Positions 1 through 12,224 are shown, counted from the first letter of the stretch. The stretch is 64,000 nt of DNA from Squalus acanthias (GCA_030390025.1 CM059432.1:6634001-6698000), one strand, 5' to 3'. Program-made: numbers and translations. The notes: generated from the sequence alone by a model not told the origin.

Positions 1-1068
1 TCCCGCTGCCCTGGCTGCAGACCAGTCGTGCCTGGTGACTCCCCACGTGCAGATCCCACCTGTATGCTACCCTCTAAATTACAGGCAGTGTCAGTATCTG
101 AGCTGGTGGCTGCTAGTGTGAAATCGAGTGACGGTGCTGTGTCTTCAGCATCACTTCCTTCTTCCTCTTGTAGTTCCTGCACCTCCACCAATGCCTGGCC
201 AGGTTGCAGTTCTTGGCTATCTGAAAGGAGAAAGGCACAAGCGTAGGGTTGTGGTGAGGAGAGGGCAGGGGCGCGGGGGGGTTGCAAACAAGAGGTGCAT
301 GCTTACACCATCTGCAGCTTGTCAATCGGAAGAGATTGTGGGATGAGGGGGAAGTGGGATGTGAGGAGGAGGATTAGGTATGAGGATCCCGTCATCTTGC
401 ATTGTTTCAGCCGTGCTGCTTGCCATGGGCCCAGCGATGGCCACTCCAATAATCTCCAGCACCGTCTCCTCCATCAGGGTAAGGTCATGCAAGCGCGTCT
501 GCTTCCCTGCGAGTAGCCCCTGCTGCCTCCAGTTATGAGCCATCTTGTCCTGCAAGAGAAGGGAAGTGTGTCAGTGAATGTGGTTCAATGTGATTGGGTG
601 ATGTGCTTGTCATGGTTGAATAGCTGGCAGTGTGTGCAAGCTGAGAGATGTGGGTGTGCGGCTTGCAGTAGTAGTAAGTGTGTGAGGGTGAAGTGGAAGC
701 TATGAATGTGACATATGAGTCGTGATTGATATTGTTGGTAGGTTCGTGAATGGGAGTGGTGAATTGAGCAGTGTCGAAGGCTAGTGGTTCAGTTGTAAGG
801 ATATGGCATTTGAAGATACCTCACTGACCTTGACCACTCGTGTGAAGTCATTAAACTTCTTGAGACACTGCAACCAGGTCCTCGGGGCGACACTGCTGGC
901 ATTGACTGCAACAGCTATCTACTCCCATTGCCTTCTCCAACTTTGTCTGGAGGGCCTCCTGGCCCCCTGTGGAAACAGGGCCTCTCTTATCGTGTCCACC
1001 TCCTGCACCAAGGCCTCCAGTGCTGCGTCAGCGAACCTTGGAGCACGCACTCTGCCATGTTGCACCAT
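1..1068 (-). pseudogene. Harbinger Myb/SANT-like DNA-binding protein gene, 3 exons visible (1068-829, 549-390, 220-<1), premature stop
   Basis: Exon 1 MVQHGRVRAPRFADAALEALVQEVDTIREALFPQGARRPSRQSWRRQWE*IAVAVNASSVAPRTWLQCLKKFNDFTRVVK with donor AAG|gtcagt. Exon 2 follows cttctcttgcag: DKMAHNWRQQ...LHDLTLMEETVLEIIG. Exon 3 follows cctttctcctttcag and is acidic and open. TAG at 921-919; exon 2 donor reads GG. Confidence 0.8.
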
Positions 1069-1388
1069 TATTCAGTGTTGTTCCTGTTCATACTCTGTTC
1101 CCCGGCCAGTTGCATCACCTGCTGCAGCCAGAATGCACCTCCCCTTTAAGAGGTGCAGGCTGTCTTTAAGTAGTGCAGGCTGCCTTTAAGTGGTGCTAGC
1201 CTCCCACGAACTTGGGTCCCCTGCCGAGGCATGCAACCACTCAGCAGCGCATTCAGCGCAGGGCTGCATGCTACCAGCAGGCAGCATGAAGTTTGCATGC
1301 TGCCTGCATTACTTTTTTAACGGGCGTGGGTTGATCGTGCATCGCAAATCCCGCGCCCATTTTCGGGGGCAATCGAATTTTTAGCCCC
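1..1388 (-). mobile_element. PIF/Harbinger DNA transposon, terminal part carrying the Myb/SANT gene (continues beyond window start)
   Basis: Terminus GAATTTTTAGCCCC at 1375-1388; 20-bp subterminal tandem repeats (ctttaagNNgtgcaggctgY) at 1144-1196; Myb-like gene inside. Confidence 0.8.
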
Positions 1389-1920
1389 TAGTCTCAAATG
1401 ATGCGATTAAAATCTTCTATCTGTGCTGCCTGCAATGGGTCCTCAGTGAAAGAGTTTTAAAAGTCTTCGCCCAGTTGCCAGTGACTGTGAGCTCACAGTA
1501 CAAAGCTATCTCCTACTTTTGCACTCAATTTGCAGTGCCTCTGTGTGAGATTGCAAGGGTGGCTGGTTTCATAAGCGGAAACAGTTTTGATTGTCCAACT
1601 GAGCATGCTGTTTTGAAGTTAAGGCACCTTGAAGAAATTAGATGGAGGTTCAACCTCTGTCCTTCAAATAACAGCTTTGCTTTTCCTTTGAGATTAGCTT
1701 CTCTAATAGGAAGTTTAAGTTGATTCTTTATCGTCGAGACCAACTGCCTGCTTTTCACACAGACATCAGCTTTTCCAGGCTCCGTTTGCGCTGTTCGTGG
1801 CAGATGTGGAAAATAACTGATTTGGACGTGCAGTGGATTATGGGGTGACTTTTAGCTAGCTTGAAAGTAGCTGTTTTCAGTTCAGGTGCACTGCGTGTAT
1901 GGCGCCTGGAAGTGGGTGGT

Positions 1921-2300
1921 AAAGAAAGCAAAAAAGGAACTTGGGTTTATACAGCATCTTTCACGGCTGCAGGACGTCCCAAAGTGCTTCACAGCCAGTG
2001 ATTACTTGTGAAGTGCAGTCACTGTTTTAATGCAGTGACGCACGACAGCCAATTTGCGCACAGCAAGGTCCCACAAGCAGCAATGAGATAAACTCCCGGA
2101 TAACAGGAACATCGGAACAGGAGTTAGGCCATTTAGCCCCTCGAGGCTGTTCCACCATTCAGCGAGATCATGGCTGATCTGTAACCTAACTCCATAATCT
2201 GGTTTTTGGTGATTTGGGTTTTGAGATAAATGTTGTCCAGGACACCAGAAAAACTCCCCTGTTCAGACGGGAGGCCGATGTTTAACGTTTCATCCACATA
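1921..2300 (-). mobile_element. DeuSINE (SacSINE1-like), degraded, interrupted by a CR1 3'-end fragment (~2103-2195)
   Basis: Matches the reverse complement of the SINE at 5921-6389 (ggacgtcccaaagtgc, gccaatttgcgcacagcaag). Confidence 0.75.
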
Positions 2301-2400
2301 TAATGGGCTAACTTTCAGCAGGGTTATTGGATACCATCTGCAGGCACTCTTGTTAGTACAACTCTGGTACCTATAGAGAGTTTTATTCCTTAGACTTAAT

Positions 2401-3051
2401 GGCCGAGAAATTGGACCGCACCCGAATTGGAGGACAATGCCTGTGCTGCGTATGCTGCACGCACCTAATGATGTTGGCAGCAGGATCATGGCAACTTGGT
2501 CCGCTGCCTTCATTTGTTTATTACCTGCGAGCTGCGGACGCTAGTTGAGGCCCCAGAGGCAGCTTCTCGATTAGGGAGGTGATGGGACGGAGGTGGGGAG
2601 GGAGTGTGAATTCGGCCGGCTTAGACGCTGGCTGAGTTTCTCATCAGAAGTCCGTGAGGGGAGGGAGGAAACTGAGAAGGGGAGTCGAGCGGTAGCTGGC
2701 AGCGGCCCGCACATTTAATAAGGTAAATAAAAAGATTTAAAACTTACCTTTTCATGTGGCACCCATCAGCGGTCCCTTTAAGAACCACTGGTTTGGACGC
2801 GTAGTGCCTGAAGAAACTGACCGCAGAATGTACGGCACCTGCTGCGGTCAGTCGCAATCAAATTTTACAAAGTGGACCTCAGACGTGTGTTGACTCCCCC
2901 TTTTGGCACATGCCCGTTTGAGGCCTGCGCCCTGGACGCTGACGGAGGAGCCCTAACCAATATCGCGGGGCACACTCTGCCACCCATATTGGACACTTAG
3001 GCACCGCTTTGCACCTGTAAAACGGGCACAGTGCAATCCAATTTCTCGGCT
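2401..3051. mobile_element. Harbinger-type MITE
   Basis: TIRs GGCCGAGAAATTGG / CCAATTTCTCGGCT; flanks AAT/ATT; GC-rich interior with perfect 11-bp hairpin actgaccgcag...ctgcggtcagt at 2816-2852. Confidence 0.8.
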
Positions 3052-3779
3052 ATTGGCTACCTACTGACGGTTCTTTGCAAGGATTTCTTCACAAAAGAAT
3101 ATGGATTCCCCTTTCATCCTGATTGTTATGGAATTGGTGTGCTGTGGCATATGGTATATGCAAGAATGCAGAACAAAGTTAAATTAGCTATCTTGGGTAG
3201 CATTGCGTTCATTCTTCATTTGAAATAATCCTTCACACACCCAAGGTTCCATGCAACAAACCCCTCTGTCCTCCCCCGAGTGTTCGGTTGTATATTTATA
3301 TTACATTGTTATGATACGATTACTCTGAGGAATGACTTGTTCTGTCAGCCCGTGGGAAGTGAGTTTATATGAAGTCCTATCAATGTCCAAATATCTTAGC
3401 AGGATGATGTCCCTTGTGATATTCCAAATAAAGGGTCTATGACCTGAAGAATGAAAACATGCTCTTTGTGTAGGTGCTGGTCAGAGTAGCTTACGGTCAC
3501 AGGCGCTCTATTGTGTGCTTGAAAAATTCCTGGGAAGCATCTGAGCCCACGGAGCAGCTTTTCCTTGGCTCGTCAGCAAGGCTGATTGCTGTGGATTTCG
3601 TTGAAAATGCTTTTCCCAAAATATTGGTTAAAATCCAAGATTCCATATGATAGAAACAGCCCAGTGAATTTTGCTCTTCTGGTTGGTGTGAAGGTAGGAA
3701 GGCAATCAGTTCGGATAAAATTTGAGGTTTAAAAAAAAAAAATGATTGGTAAAAATGTTTCTTTTTTAATCAACGTTAG

Positions 3780-3959
3780 GAAGAAGTGATGGCGTGAAGG
3801 AGAAACTGATTCCACTAATACAAGGGCCTTCAGACACAAGAGAATTGCACAAGAGCAAATGGCTGAACGAAAGCAGGAAACCCGAGTCTCTCTTAGCCCC
3901 TGACCTGCTAGCTTTCACTATCCAGATTCCTCAGCAAATGGACAGCTATCATAACTCTG
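3780..3959 (+). CDS. VPS13B: VPS13B internal coding exon (180 nt, phase 1/1; probably orthologous to human exon 19)
   Basis: Acceptor tttcttttttaatcaacgttAG|G at 3779/3780 and donor TCTG|GTAAGT at 3959/3960. Translates (G)RSDGVKEKLIPLIQGPSDTRELHKSKWLNESRKPESLLAPDLLAFTIQIPQQMDSYHNS(G), closely matching human VPS13B as recalled (KEKLIPLLQGPSDTKDLHSTKWLNESRKPESLLAPDLMAFTIQVPQYIDYCHNSG). Confidence 0.95.
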
Positions 3960-4772
3960 GTAAGTGTAAACTTCATGATGTGCTATTCTTTTATTCATGA
4001 CATTCCTGTCACGATTGTAGACGGGCTCCACATTTAATGCAGCATGTTCAAGAATGTGAGACGCAATACAAATCACGTAATCTTGCTGCTGCAACAACTG
4101 CAGTGTTCCACCTGTGGTGAAGTTATGACATCAAATAAAAATACGTTGATCATCATTACTTGCTGAAGATAAAGCTGAACATTTCTTTGTAAGCAGATCA
4201 AAAAATCAATGCTTTTTAACATGTGTTGAATGAAGTATCTTTTATTGTCGCATATCAAGAAGAATATAAATGCTCTCCCTTTGCATTTGAATATCTGTTC
4301 ACTCTTTCACACTGAAAATCGCTTAAAAAAAAAGGTTGCACAGCTGTCATGAATTTTAATCTGTTTGTAACTGATTTTTTTTTTACGTTGCACAATATGG
4401 GTCTGTTGGACCTCAAGGAAGCTGTTATTCATTTGATGTGGGCACTTGGCATTTTAAGCTGGACTGAAGTTGCACTGTATTCTAGGAATGGAGCTATTAT
4501 GATAAAATCATAGGTTTTAAGAGGATTAAAAGCTAAAAAATCAAAAATACAGTAGCCCATTTAAGAAAATAACCTTGACCATGTTGTTCCATCTTATTTG
4601 GTTCTACAAGAATGCATAGTTCATCTTTTAGCTTAATCGCCCAGTGGCACCTCAGCAATACAAATTTTAATGTTCTGCTAAAGGTTTTTCTGCTTGGTGT
4701 GTAGATAGGAAGACAATTTCGCACTAATAATTCCTCTAAATTGACCTCATGAAGTTACATTTTTGCACTGAT

Positions 4773-5590
4773 AACATAAGAAATAGGAGCAGGAACAGGC
4801 CAATTGGCCCCTCGAGCCTGCTCCTCCATTCAATAAGATCATGGTTAATCGTGGGCTCAAAACCACTTCCCTGCCCGCTCCCCACAACCCTTCACTCCCA
4901 TATCTTGCAAAAATCTGTCTATCTCCACCTTAAATGTATTTAATGACCCAGCCTCCACAGCTCTCTGGGGCAGAGAATTCCACAGATTTACGACCCTCAG
5001 AGAAGAAATTCCTCCTCATCTCAGTTCAAAAAGGGCGACTCTTTATTTTAAAACTGTGCCCCCGCATTCGAGATTTCCCCACGAGGGGAAACATCCTCTC
5101 TGCATCTACCTTGTCGAGCCCCCTCAGTATCTTATGTTTCAATAAGATCACCTCTCATTCTTCTAAATTCCAGTGAATATAGGCCCAGCCTGCTCAACCT
5201 TTCCTCATAAGTCAACCCTCTCATCTCAGGAATTAACCTCGTGAATCGTCTCTAAATTGCCTCCAATGCAAGTATATCCTTCCTTAAATAAGGAGACCAA
5301 AACTGTACGCAGTACTCAAGGTGTGGTCTCACCAATACCCTGTACAGTTGTAGCAGGACTTCCCTGCTTTTATACTCTAATCCCTTTGACATAAAGGCCA
5401 ACATTCCATTTGCTTTTTGATTACTTGCTGTACCTGCATGCTAACTTTTTGTGTTTCATGCACAAGGACCCCCAGGTCCCTCTGAACTGTAGCATTTTGT
5501 AATCTCTCTCCATTTAAATAATAATTTGCTTTTTTATTTTTCCTGCCAAAGTGTATAACCTCACACTTTCCCACATTATACTCCAGCTAC
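4773..5590 (-). mobile_element. CR1 LINE, 5'-truncated 3' fragment
   Basis: 3' tail aacataagaaataggagcagg...; ORF2 C-terminal peptide KCEVIHFGRKNKKANYYLNGERLQNATVQRDLGVLVHET (5377-5574). Confidence 0.9.
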
Positions 5591-5626
5591 CATTTAATTT
5601 AATATTAAGTCTATAATATATTTAGG

Positions 5627-5760
5627 AACATAGGCAGGAACATAAGAACAGGAGTAGGTCATTCAGCCCCTTGAACCGGTTCATCATTCAGTTAGATCAT
5701 GGCTGATCTGTATCTTAACTCCACCTACTCGCCTCGGTTCTGTAACCATTCATACCCTTG
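5627..5760 (-). mobile_element. CR1 LINE 3'-end fragment
   Basis: gaacataagaacaggagtaggtcattcagcccc...agatcatggctgatctg, same tail as 4773. Confidence 0.8.
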
Positions 5761-5920
5761 CTGGACAAAATTAGACTGGAGTATAGCGCATGTCACACTC
5801 GAAATGTGCCCTTGGCACAAAAAAGTCTGGCAAGTTTTTCTGGTGGCAAGTATCAATTTTGTTGTCTCTTCGCACGTTGTTGCAAGCTTCAGCCATCCCA
5901 CCGCTGCCAGCAAATTTTTT

Positions 5921-6389
5921 GTGTCAGCCGTGGCTCAGTGGGGAGCACCCTCGCCTCTGAGTCAGAAGGTTGTGGGTTCATAGTCCCACTCCAGAAACTT
6001 GAGCACATAACTCTAAGCTGACACTCCAGCGCAGTACTGAGGGAGTGCTGCACTGTCGGAGGTGCCGTCTTTCGGATGAGACGTTAAACCGAGTCCCCGT
6101 CTACTCCCTCAGGTGGACGAAAAAGATCCCGTGGCACTATTTCGAAGAAGAGCAGGGGAGTTATCCCCTGTGTCCTGGCCAATATTCATCCCTCAATCAA
6201 CATCTAAAACAGATTATCTGAACATTATCACATTGCTGTTTGTGGGAGCTTGCTGTGCGCAAATTGGCTGCCGCATTTCCCACATTACAACAGTGACTAC
6301 ACTTCAAAAAAAAGTACTTCATTGGCTGTAAAGAGCTTTGGGATGTCCAGTGGTCGGGAAAGGCGCTATATAAATTCAAGTCTTTCTTT
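5921..6389 (+). mobile_element. Full-length tRNA-derived DeuSINE (SacSINE1-like)
   Basis: A box tggctcagtgg and B-box-like ggttcatagtcc; central Deu-like domain (aaagatcccgtggcactatttcgaagaagagcaggggag...gccaatatt); L2-type tail aaggcgctatataaattcaagtctttc. At least 5 more long copies in the window. Confidence 0.9.
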
Positions 6390-6739
6390 ATATCCTCCAA
6401 CTCCGTGAGTAATGCCACAGGAAGTCGACTAGTAGTAACAAATTTGGTGCAAAATTAATATTTATAAAATGCCGTAAATTCCTAGCTTTACACTCGAGAA
6501 TGGCAGCCAAGACCCCCGGGAGACCTCCCTGATATTCTTTAAATCATGCCATATGATCATTTAACCTGGAACAAGCAGACAGGACCTTGGTTTAACCTGT
6601 TACCCTAAAGATGGTACCTCTGGCAGTGCAGCACTCCATCACTCCTGAACTGATGTGTCAGCCTAGACTATGTTCTCAAGTTCTTGAGTGGGTCTCAGTA
6701 AAACTCTTGTAAATGGCGATTATAATATTTTTATTTCTT

Positions 6740-7225
6740 CCCACAAGATAAGGCAAGTTACAGAAAAGATATAGGAGTTATGAGGGGGAGATGTTCGGAG
6801 GTCTACAAGGCTAATTGCTGAAATTGCAGGGCTGAGTTACAAGGAAATATTGTCTACTCTTTTAACAAGAGGAGGAAGGAAGGACACTTAATCGAGATCT
6901 TTATATTTTGCAGGGGTAGGGAGAATTAGATAAGTTCTTCTGTTGGGTACAGGATTCGAGGACTTTAACATACACAGTTTAAAGCTGAGGGTGTCAAAAG
7001 AAACTAAGAAACTTGGGCAAAATATGTTTAAGAACGTGAGAGAAGTGTGTAAGATTACCAGGAGGGATGCTGGAGCAGAAAACTAAAGGGCGGGATGAAT
7101 TCTGGTCAGTAAATAGGATACAGGATTATTACTTCTCCAACCACATTAAGGGATCTGATGTGATATTTGGAAGGACAAGCTAAATAAGCCAGTGGTCCTG
7201 CTCAACATATTACTGTGTTACTATG
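6740..7225 (+). mobile_element. Highly degraded CR1 3' fragment
   Basis: Remnant of KDI..LE.VQRR.TRLI...GLSY.E-type coding sequence. Confidence 0.55.
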
Positions 7226-8929
7226 CAAGTGCCACAGAGTGTGCCAAAGGGCTGTAATTCAATCGACGTTATTTGAATGATGTTATCATGTATTTTGATA
7301 TTATGTTACATTCCTAACTCTGGCAACACCATTAAAAACAGATTCACGTGACATTCATCTCATTTGCTATCTGTGGGATCTTGCCATGTGTTAGTTGGCT
7401 GCTGCATTTGCCTGCACAACTTTAGGATGTCCTGAGGACATGATAAGGTTGCTACATAAATGCCAATTGTTCTTTGTCCTTCTACTTATTTTAGTTTTTT
7501 TTTGTCTTTCTATTTTCCCTCTTTCTTTCCCACACTTGCTTTTTCTTTCACTCTCTCTCTCTTTGTTTTTCTTTCTCCCCTATCTGCTGATTCTCTCCTT
7601 TTCTTTCTTCTGTCTCTTTCTCCTTTTAAGCTGTGAATATTAGTCGATTTTAATGTAGATAAAGAGGAAAATATGAGAATTGTACATGATGTAGGGATAT
7701 CCATTAGCAGAGGTGACAGAAAGTATGGATGATATTGAAAGCATGCAGTCGTTGTGAATGTTTCAGCATGATAGAACCACGCACTGCGTTACCTCTTGGG
7801 CAACTGGGAATGGAATTGAACTTTCTAAGAATAGGTGCATGTCACAATGATCAAACACTCCATGGAATGCCATGCAACAGAAGGCGACCGGTCAAGGATG
7901 AATAATGCAGGATGGAAGGTTAGATAAGTATTCTGGAGTTTTGCTTGACTTGCATTTGGGGTTAAGGAGAAACATTGCAGGACTTTTGCTTGTAAGCTGA
8001 AATTGCCCGCTACTGAGGGGATTTTTTTGTTGGTGGTTTCTGGAAGGAATAGATTTGGATTTGAATGGCCTTTTCTCGTTCTGTTCTTTGTAAATTCTTA
8101 ACATTTGTGTGTTAATTATATTAATTGTGTTTTGGAAAGGTCCAATTTGCAAGGTTGAACTTGAGTTATTGCATCCCTTATTTCTGTTAAGATGACATTG
8201 CCTTTGACGGACTGCTTTTGCACTGGAACAGTGTTGTGTAATTTACAACAGAATTTTGGCTGGCAAATAAAAGTTTTTTTTTTAAAATCCAGGTGGTAGA
8301 TATTAGTTAATATACTCACTTGCCAAATACTGCCTCTCCAGCAGATATAATGAGAGAAAATTAACTGGGTGCTTTGGCTAACCTCCGGCACTTCGATTGA
8401 TTTCTAAACTGGTATAAAAGTACAGCATTCAAGGAGAAATGCTTCTGTGTAACATTATCCAATCTATTGGAAATGAAATAGAGCAAATTGGGCTGCTCAA
8501 AACAGACAAGCTTCCAAGAGACTGAAAATGAGACAAAATAAAGTAACAAGAAAAATGGAAATAGACACTTGGAAAGTGCCCAAAATCGATAAAGTATGAA
8601 AAAGAGCTTCATTTCTGACACGTAAATATTCAGTATGCATCTTTATTTTTCTTTGAAGATGTTTGATTTATGAGCCAGTTATCTGTAGAAAGTTGCGCAG
8701 TACAGCTCCAGTACATAAGTAATCTATTCATGTGGTATTGTCCTCCTAGTTTGCTTCCATGCAGATTTTTATGACCTGAGAACCATGAGATTTTCCATCC
8801 CCAGTTTCCTCTGCTCTTTTTAAGTTGTTGACCTACGCTGCTAACAGTTCCTTAGGTCCCTTGAGTCCAAGGGATGCAGACTTGAATGTTTATGGCGGAC
8901 AACTGGTTTAGCCATTTATCGCCAGGTCT

Positions 8930-9443
8930 GGCTGGACTACATAAAGCGCTGTCGAGTCCAACTCTTCTCTGCCAAAACTGCTCACTATTCCAGGATCATC
9001 CTGCAATGCAACGATAGCTTCTCTTCACTACAAACCGTCTTCTAAAACCCCTCTCCCCTGCCCCCTCCACCCTCCACTCCAACAACGAGTGGGAGAAGCT
9101 CATGGACTCCTTTATCACGAAGATTGAGACCATCCGTGCATCTCCCCTCATGCCCTCTCCGAGCTCATCTTGTCCATGAGAGCCACCTCCTGCTCCCTCA
9201 ACCCTATTCCCACCAAATTGCTGACCACCCAACTTCTCTTTCTGGCCCCCATGCTAGCTGATATTGTTAACGGTTCACTTTCAGGTACTGTCTTCCTCCC
9301 CTTCAAATATGCCGTCATCACCCCTTCCTCAAAAAACCTACCCTTGAACACCTATGTCCTTGCAAACTACTGCCCCATCTCCAACCTCCCTTTCCTCTCC
9401 AAAGTCCTTGAACATATTGTTGCCTTCGAAATCCGTGCTTATT
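8930..9443 (+). mobile_element. L2-clade LINE RT fragment (resumes at ~10011-10090 after CR1 insertion)
   Basis: ORF 9170: MSMRATSCSLNPIPTKLL...LANYCPISNLPFLSKVLEHIVA, the typical L2 RT N-terminal motif. Confidence 0.85.
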
Positions 9444-10010
9444 ACATAGGATATACAGCACAGAAACAGGCCATTCGGCCCAACCAGTCCATGCCGGCAT
9501 TTATGCTCCACTCGAGCCTCCTCCCATCCTTTCTCATCTAACTCTATCAGCATAACCCTCTATTCCCTTCTCCCTCATATGCTTATCTAGCTTCCCCTTA
9601 AATACATCTATACTATTCACCTGAATTACTTCCTGTGGTAGCGAGTTCCACATTCTCACCACTCTCTGGGTAAAGATGTTTCTTCTGAATTCCCTATTTG
9701 ATTTTTTGGTGACTATCTTATATTGATCGCCTTTAGTTTTGCTCTTCCCCACAAGTGGAAACTCTCTCTCTGTATCCACTCTATCAAAAACTTTCATAAT
9801 TTTAAAGACCTCTATTAGGTCACCCCTCAACCTTCTCTTTTCAAGAGAAAATTGACCCAGCCTGTTCCTCCTTTCCTGATAGGTGTACCCTCGCATTTCT
9901 GGTATCATCCTTGTAAATCTTCTCTGCACCCTCTCCAGTGCCTCTATATCCTTTTTATAATATGGCAACCAGAATTGTGCACAGTACTCCAAGTGTGGTC
10001 TAACCAAGGT
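9444..10010 (-). mobile_element. CR1 LINE 3' fragment inserted in L2
   Basis: ORF 9534-10073: TLVRPHLEYCAQFWLPYYKKDIEALERVQRRFTRMIP...RVVRMWNSLP; ttatta at both junctions. Confidence 0.9.
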
Positions 10011-10605
10011 TATTATCTTTCCCGCAACTCCATCTTTAACCCCTCCAATCAGGTTTCCACCCCACCACAGCACTGAAATGGCCTTTATCTAAATCTTTAT
10101 TGTGTGCCAGTCCTCCCAAGTTTAAGAAATAAACCAAGAGTCTGTGCCGGCTCTCTGTAGAGCAATCCAGTCAGTCCCATTACCCCGCTCTATCCCCGTA
10201 GCCCTGCAAGTTTATTTCCCTCAAGTGCCTATCCAGTCTCCCCTTGAAAACATTGAGTGTCTCTGCTTCTACCACTTCTGTCAGAAGCGAATCATGAGCT
10301 CCAATTAGTTTTACTAATTCTGTAACCTGTGTTTTAGCCAAAATCTTTATAGATAGAATGGCTGCAGAACAGAGCGTGCATTACAGTCAACGAATTGCTT
10401 TTAAAACGCAGTCACACGGTGTTATGGAGGCGAATGCGGCTGTCAATTTCAGCATAGCATTTTTCCACAGGAAATTAGAGAAATAACACCACTTTGGTCC
10501 ACCAAAAGTGCTCCAGTTTACTTTCTACCACCAAGGTCTACCCCAAGCACCTCAGCTTCCTGCCTCTCTCTAAGACTCACCAGAGTAATCCATCTCCAGT
10601 CCCCA

Positions 10606-11965
10606 TCTCTCCTCATAATTTTAAAGACCTCTATGAGGTCACCTCTCAGCCTTCTCTTTTGAAGAGGAGAGACCCAGTCTGTTCATCCTTTCCTGATAGG
10701 TATAACCTCGCACTTCTGGTATCATCATTGTAAATCTTTTTTGCACTCGCTCCAGTACCTCTACATCCTTTTTCTAATATGGCGACCAGAACTATACGCA
10801 GTGCTCCAAGTGTGGTCTAACCTAGGTTCAATACAAGTTTAGCAATAACTTCTCTACTTTTCAGTTCTATCCCTCTAGAAATAAACCTGAGTGCTTATTT
10901 GCTTTTTTATGGCCTTATTAACCTGCATCGCTACTTTTAGTGATTTGCGTATTTATACTCTCCGATCCCTTTGCTCCTCTACCCCATTTCAATTCTTATT
11001 TTCCAAGTACAGGAAACTCTTTATTAACCGGCACCGACGGGACTGGCGTGGTGCCGGTTTATCGAAAGTACCGGATAACGGAGAGTTATATCTACCGAGG
11101 CTATTTTTAACAAAGAAAAATAAATAAATCAAGAAATGTGCAGTATACTTCCGACAGCGCCAGGAGGCCGAGTAGTGGCACTTTTGAAAACTACCCCATC
11201 TGACTAAATCGGCGTTCGCGGACTCGGACTCGGGATCGGCAACATTGCCGGTTATTTGAGAGGAGTTTTCGGAGTACTCGGCATTCGCGGAGACTCGACT
11301 GCGACTCGGCAACATTGCCGGTTATTTCAGAGGAGTTTTCGGAGGATGATTTTTGCCGGTTAAGCGAGAATTCCGGATATTTGGGTGCCGGATAAACAAA
11401 AGTTTCCTGTAATATGTGACCACCTTATTTTTCTTACCAAACTATAATACCTCAAACTCATCTGTGTTGAAATTCATTTACCAATTATATGCCTATTCTC
11501 CGAGTTTATTAATGTCCTCCTGTAATTTGTTGCAGTCCTCCTCAGTATTGACTGCCCCTCCCCCCTCCCAATTTGGTGTCATCTGCAAATTTAGAAATTG
11601 TGTTTTTGATTCCAAAGTCTAAATCGTTGATATAAATTGTGAACGGCAGTGGTCCCAGCACTGATCCTTGTGGGACTCCACTTTCCATCTTCTGCCACTC
11701 TGAATAGCTCCCCTTTACCCCTACTGTCTGCTTTCTGTCCTGAAGCCAGCGAGCTATCCATTCTGTTACTTGTACTCTGACTCTGCATTCTCTGACCTTA
11801 TTCATTAGTCTATTGTGTGGCACCTTATTGAAGGCCTTTTGGAAATTTAGATAAATTAAATCTACTGCATTACCCTTGTCTACTCTCTCTCTTACCTCTT
11901 CAAAGAATTCAATGAGGTTGGTTAAGCAGGACTTTCTCTCTTGAAATCCATGCTGACTACTCATT
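10606..11965 (-). mobile_element. CR1 LINE RT fragment, interrupted by MITE at 11010-11409
   Basis: ORF 11542-11964: QHGFQERKSCLTNLIEFFEE...GVPQGSVLGP...YINDLD...SKFADDTKLGG. Confidence 0.9.
11010..11409. mobile_element. Tc1/mariner (pogo/Tigger-like) MITE, 400 bp, TA target-site duplication
   Basis: TA|CAGGAAACTCTTTATTAACCGGCACC ... GGTGCCGGATAAACAAAAGTTTCCTG|TA. Removing it restores continuous CR1 sequence. Internal direct repeat at ~11237 and ~11307. Confidence 0.9.
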
Positions 11966-12224
11966 ATATTTTTTAATTTTTTAATATATTTTTGGTTTCT
12001 AGATGTTTTTGTTCTTGATGAAGAGCAGCCGAACCTCTCAGGAGGTAGAATGTTAATTGTAACTTTATTTTTCCACAGTTATCTGGCACAAGAACCAGTT
12101 TAAAAATTATTGCTGTGGTTTCAGCGAGCAGAATTCTGTCTGCGTTTCCCAGATCTCTTTTTTAGCAGAACTATTAGATGGACTTGAGCTATACTCTTGC
12201 CTGTGCATGAAAAGTGGTTACTGT

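Noticed and set aside
3474..3693. Apparent exon (tgtgtAG|GTGCTG ... AAG|gtagg) just upstream of the VPS13B exon
   Set aside because: Weak pyrimidine tract, stop codon in the longest frame, and no resemblance to the expected upstream VPS13B peptide (GSIQNVELKYCSTSLVKC).
5921..6000. tRNA gene-like A and B boxes (also at 38661 and other copies)
   Set aside because: They are SINE heads continuing into Deu-domain and L2 tail; no complete cloverleaf.
11215..11345. Repeat-spacer-repeat pattern resembling a CRISPR array
   Set aside because: Only two units, inside a TA-flanked MITE in vertebrate DNA; no cas genes.
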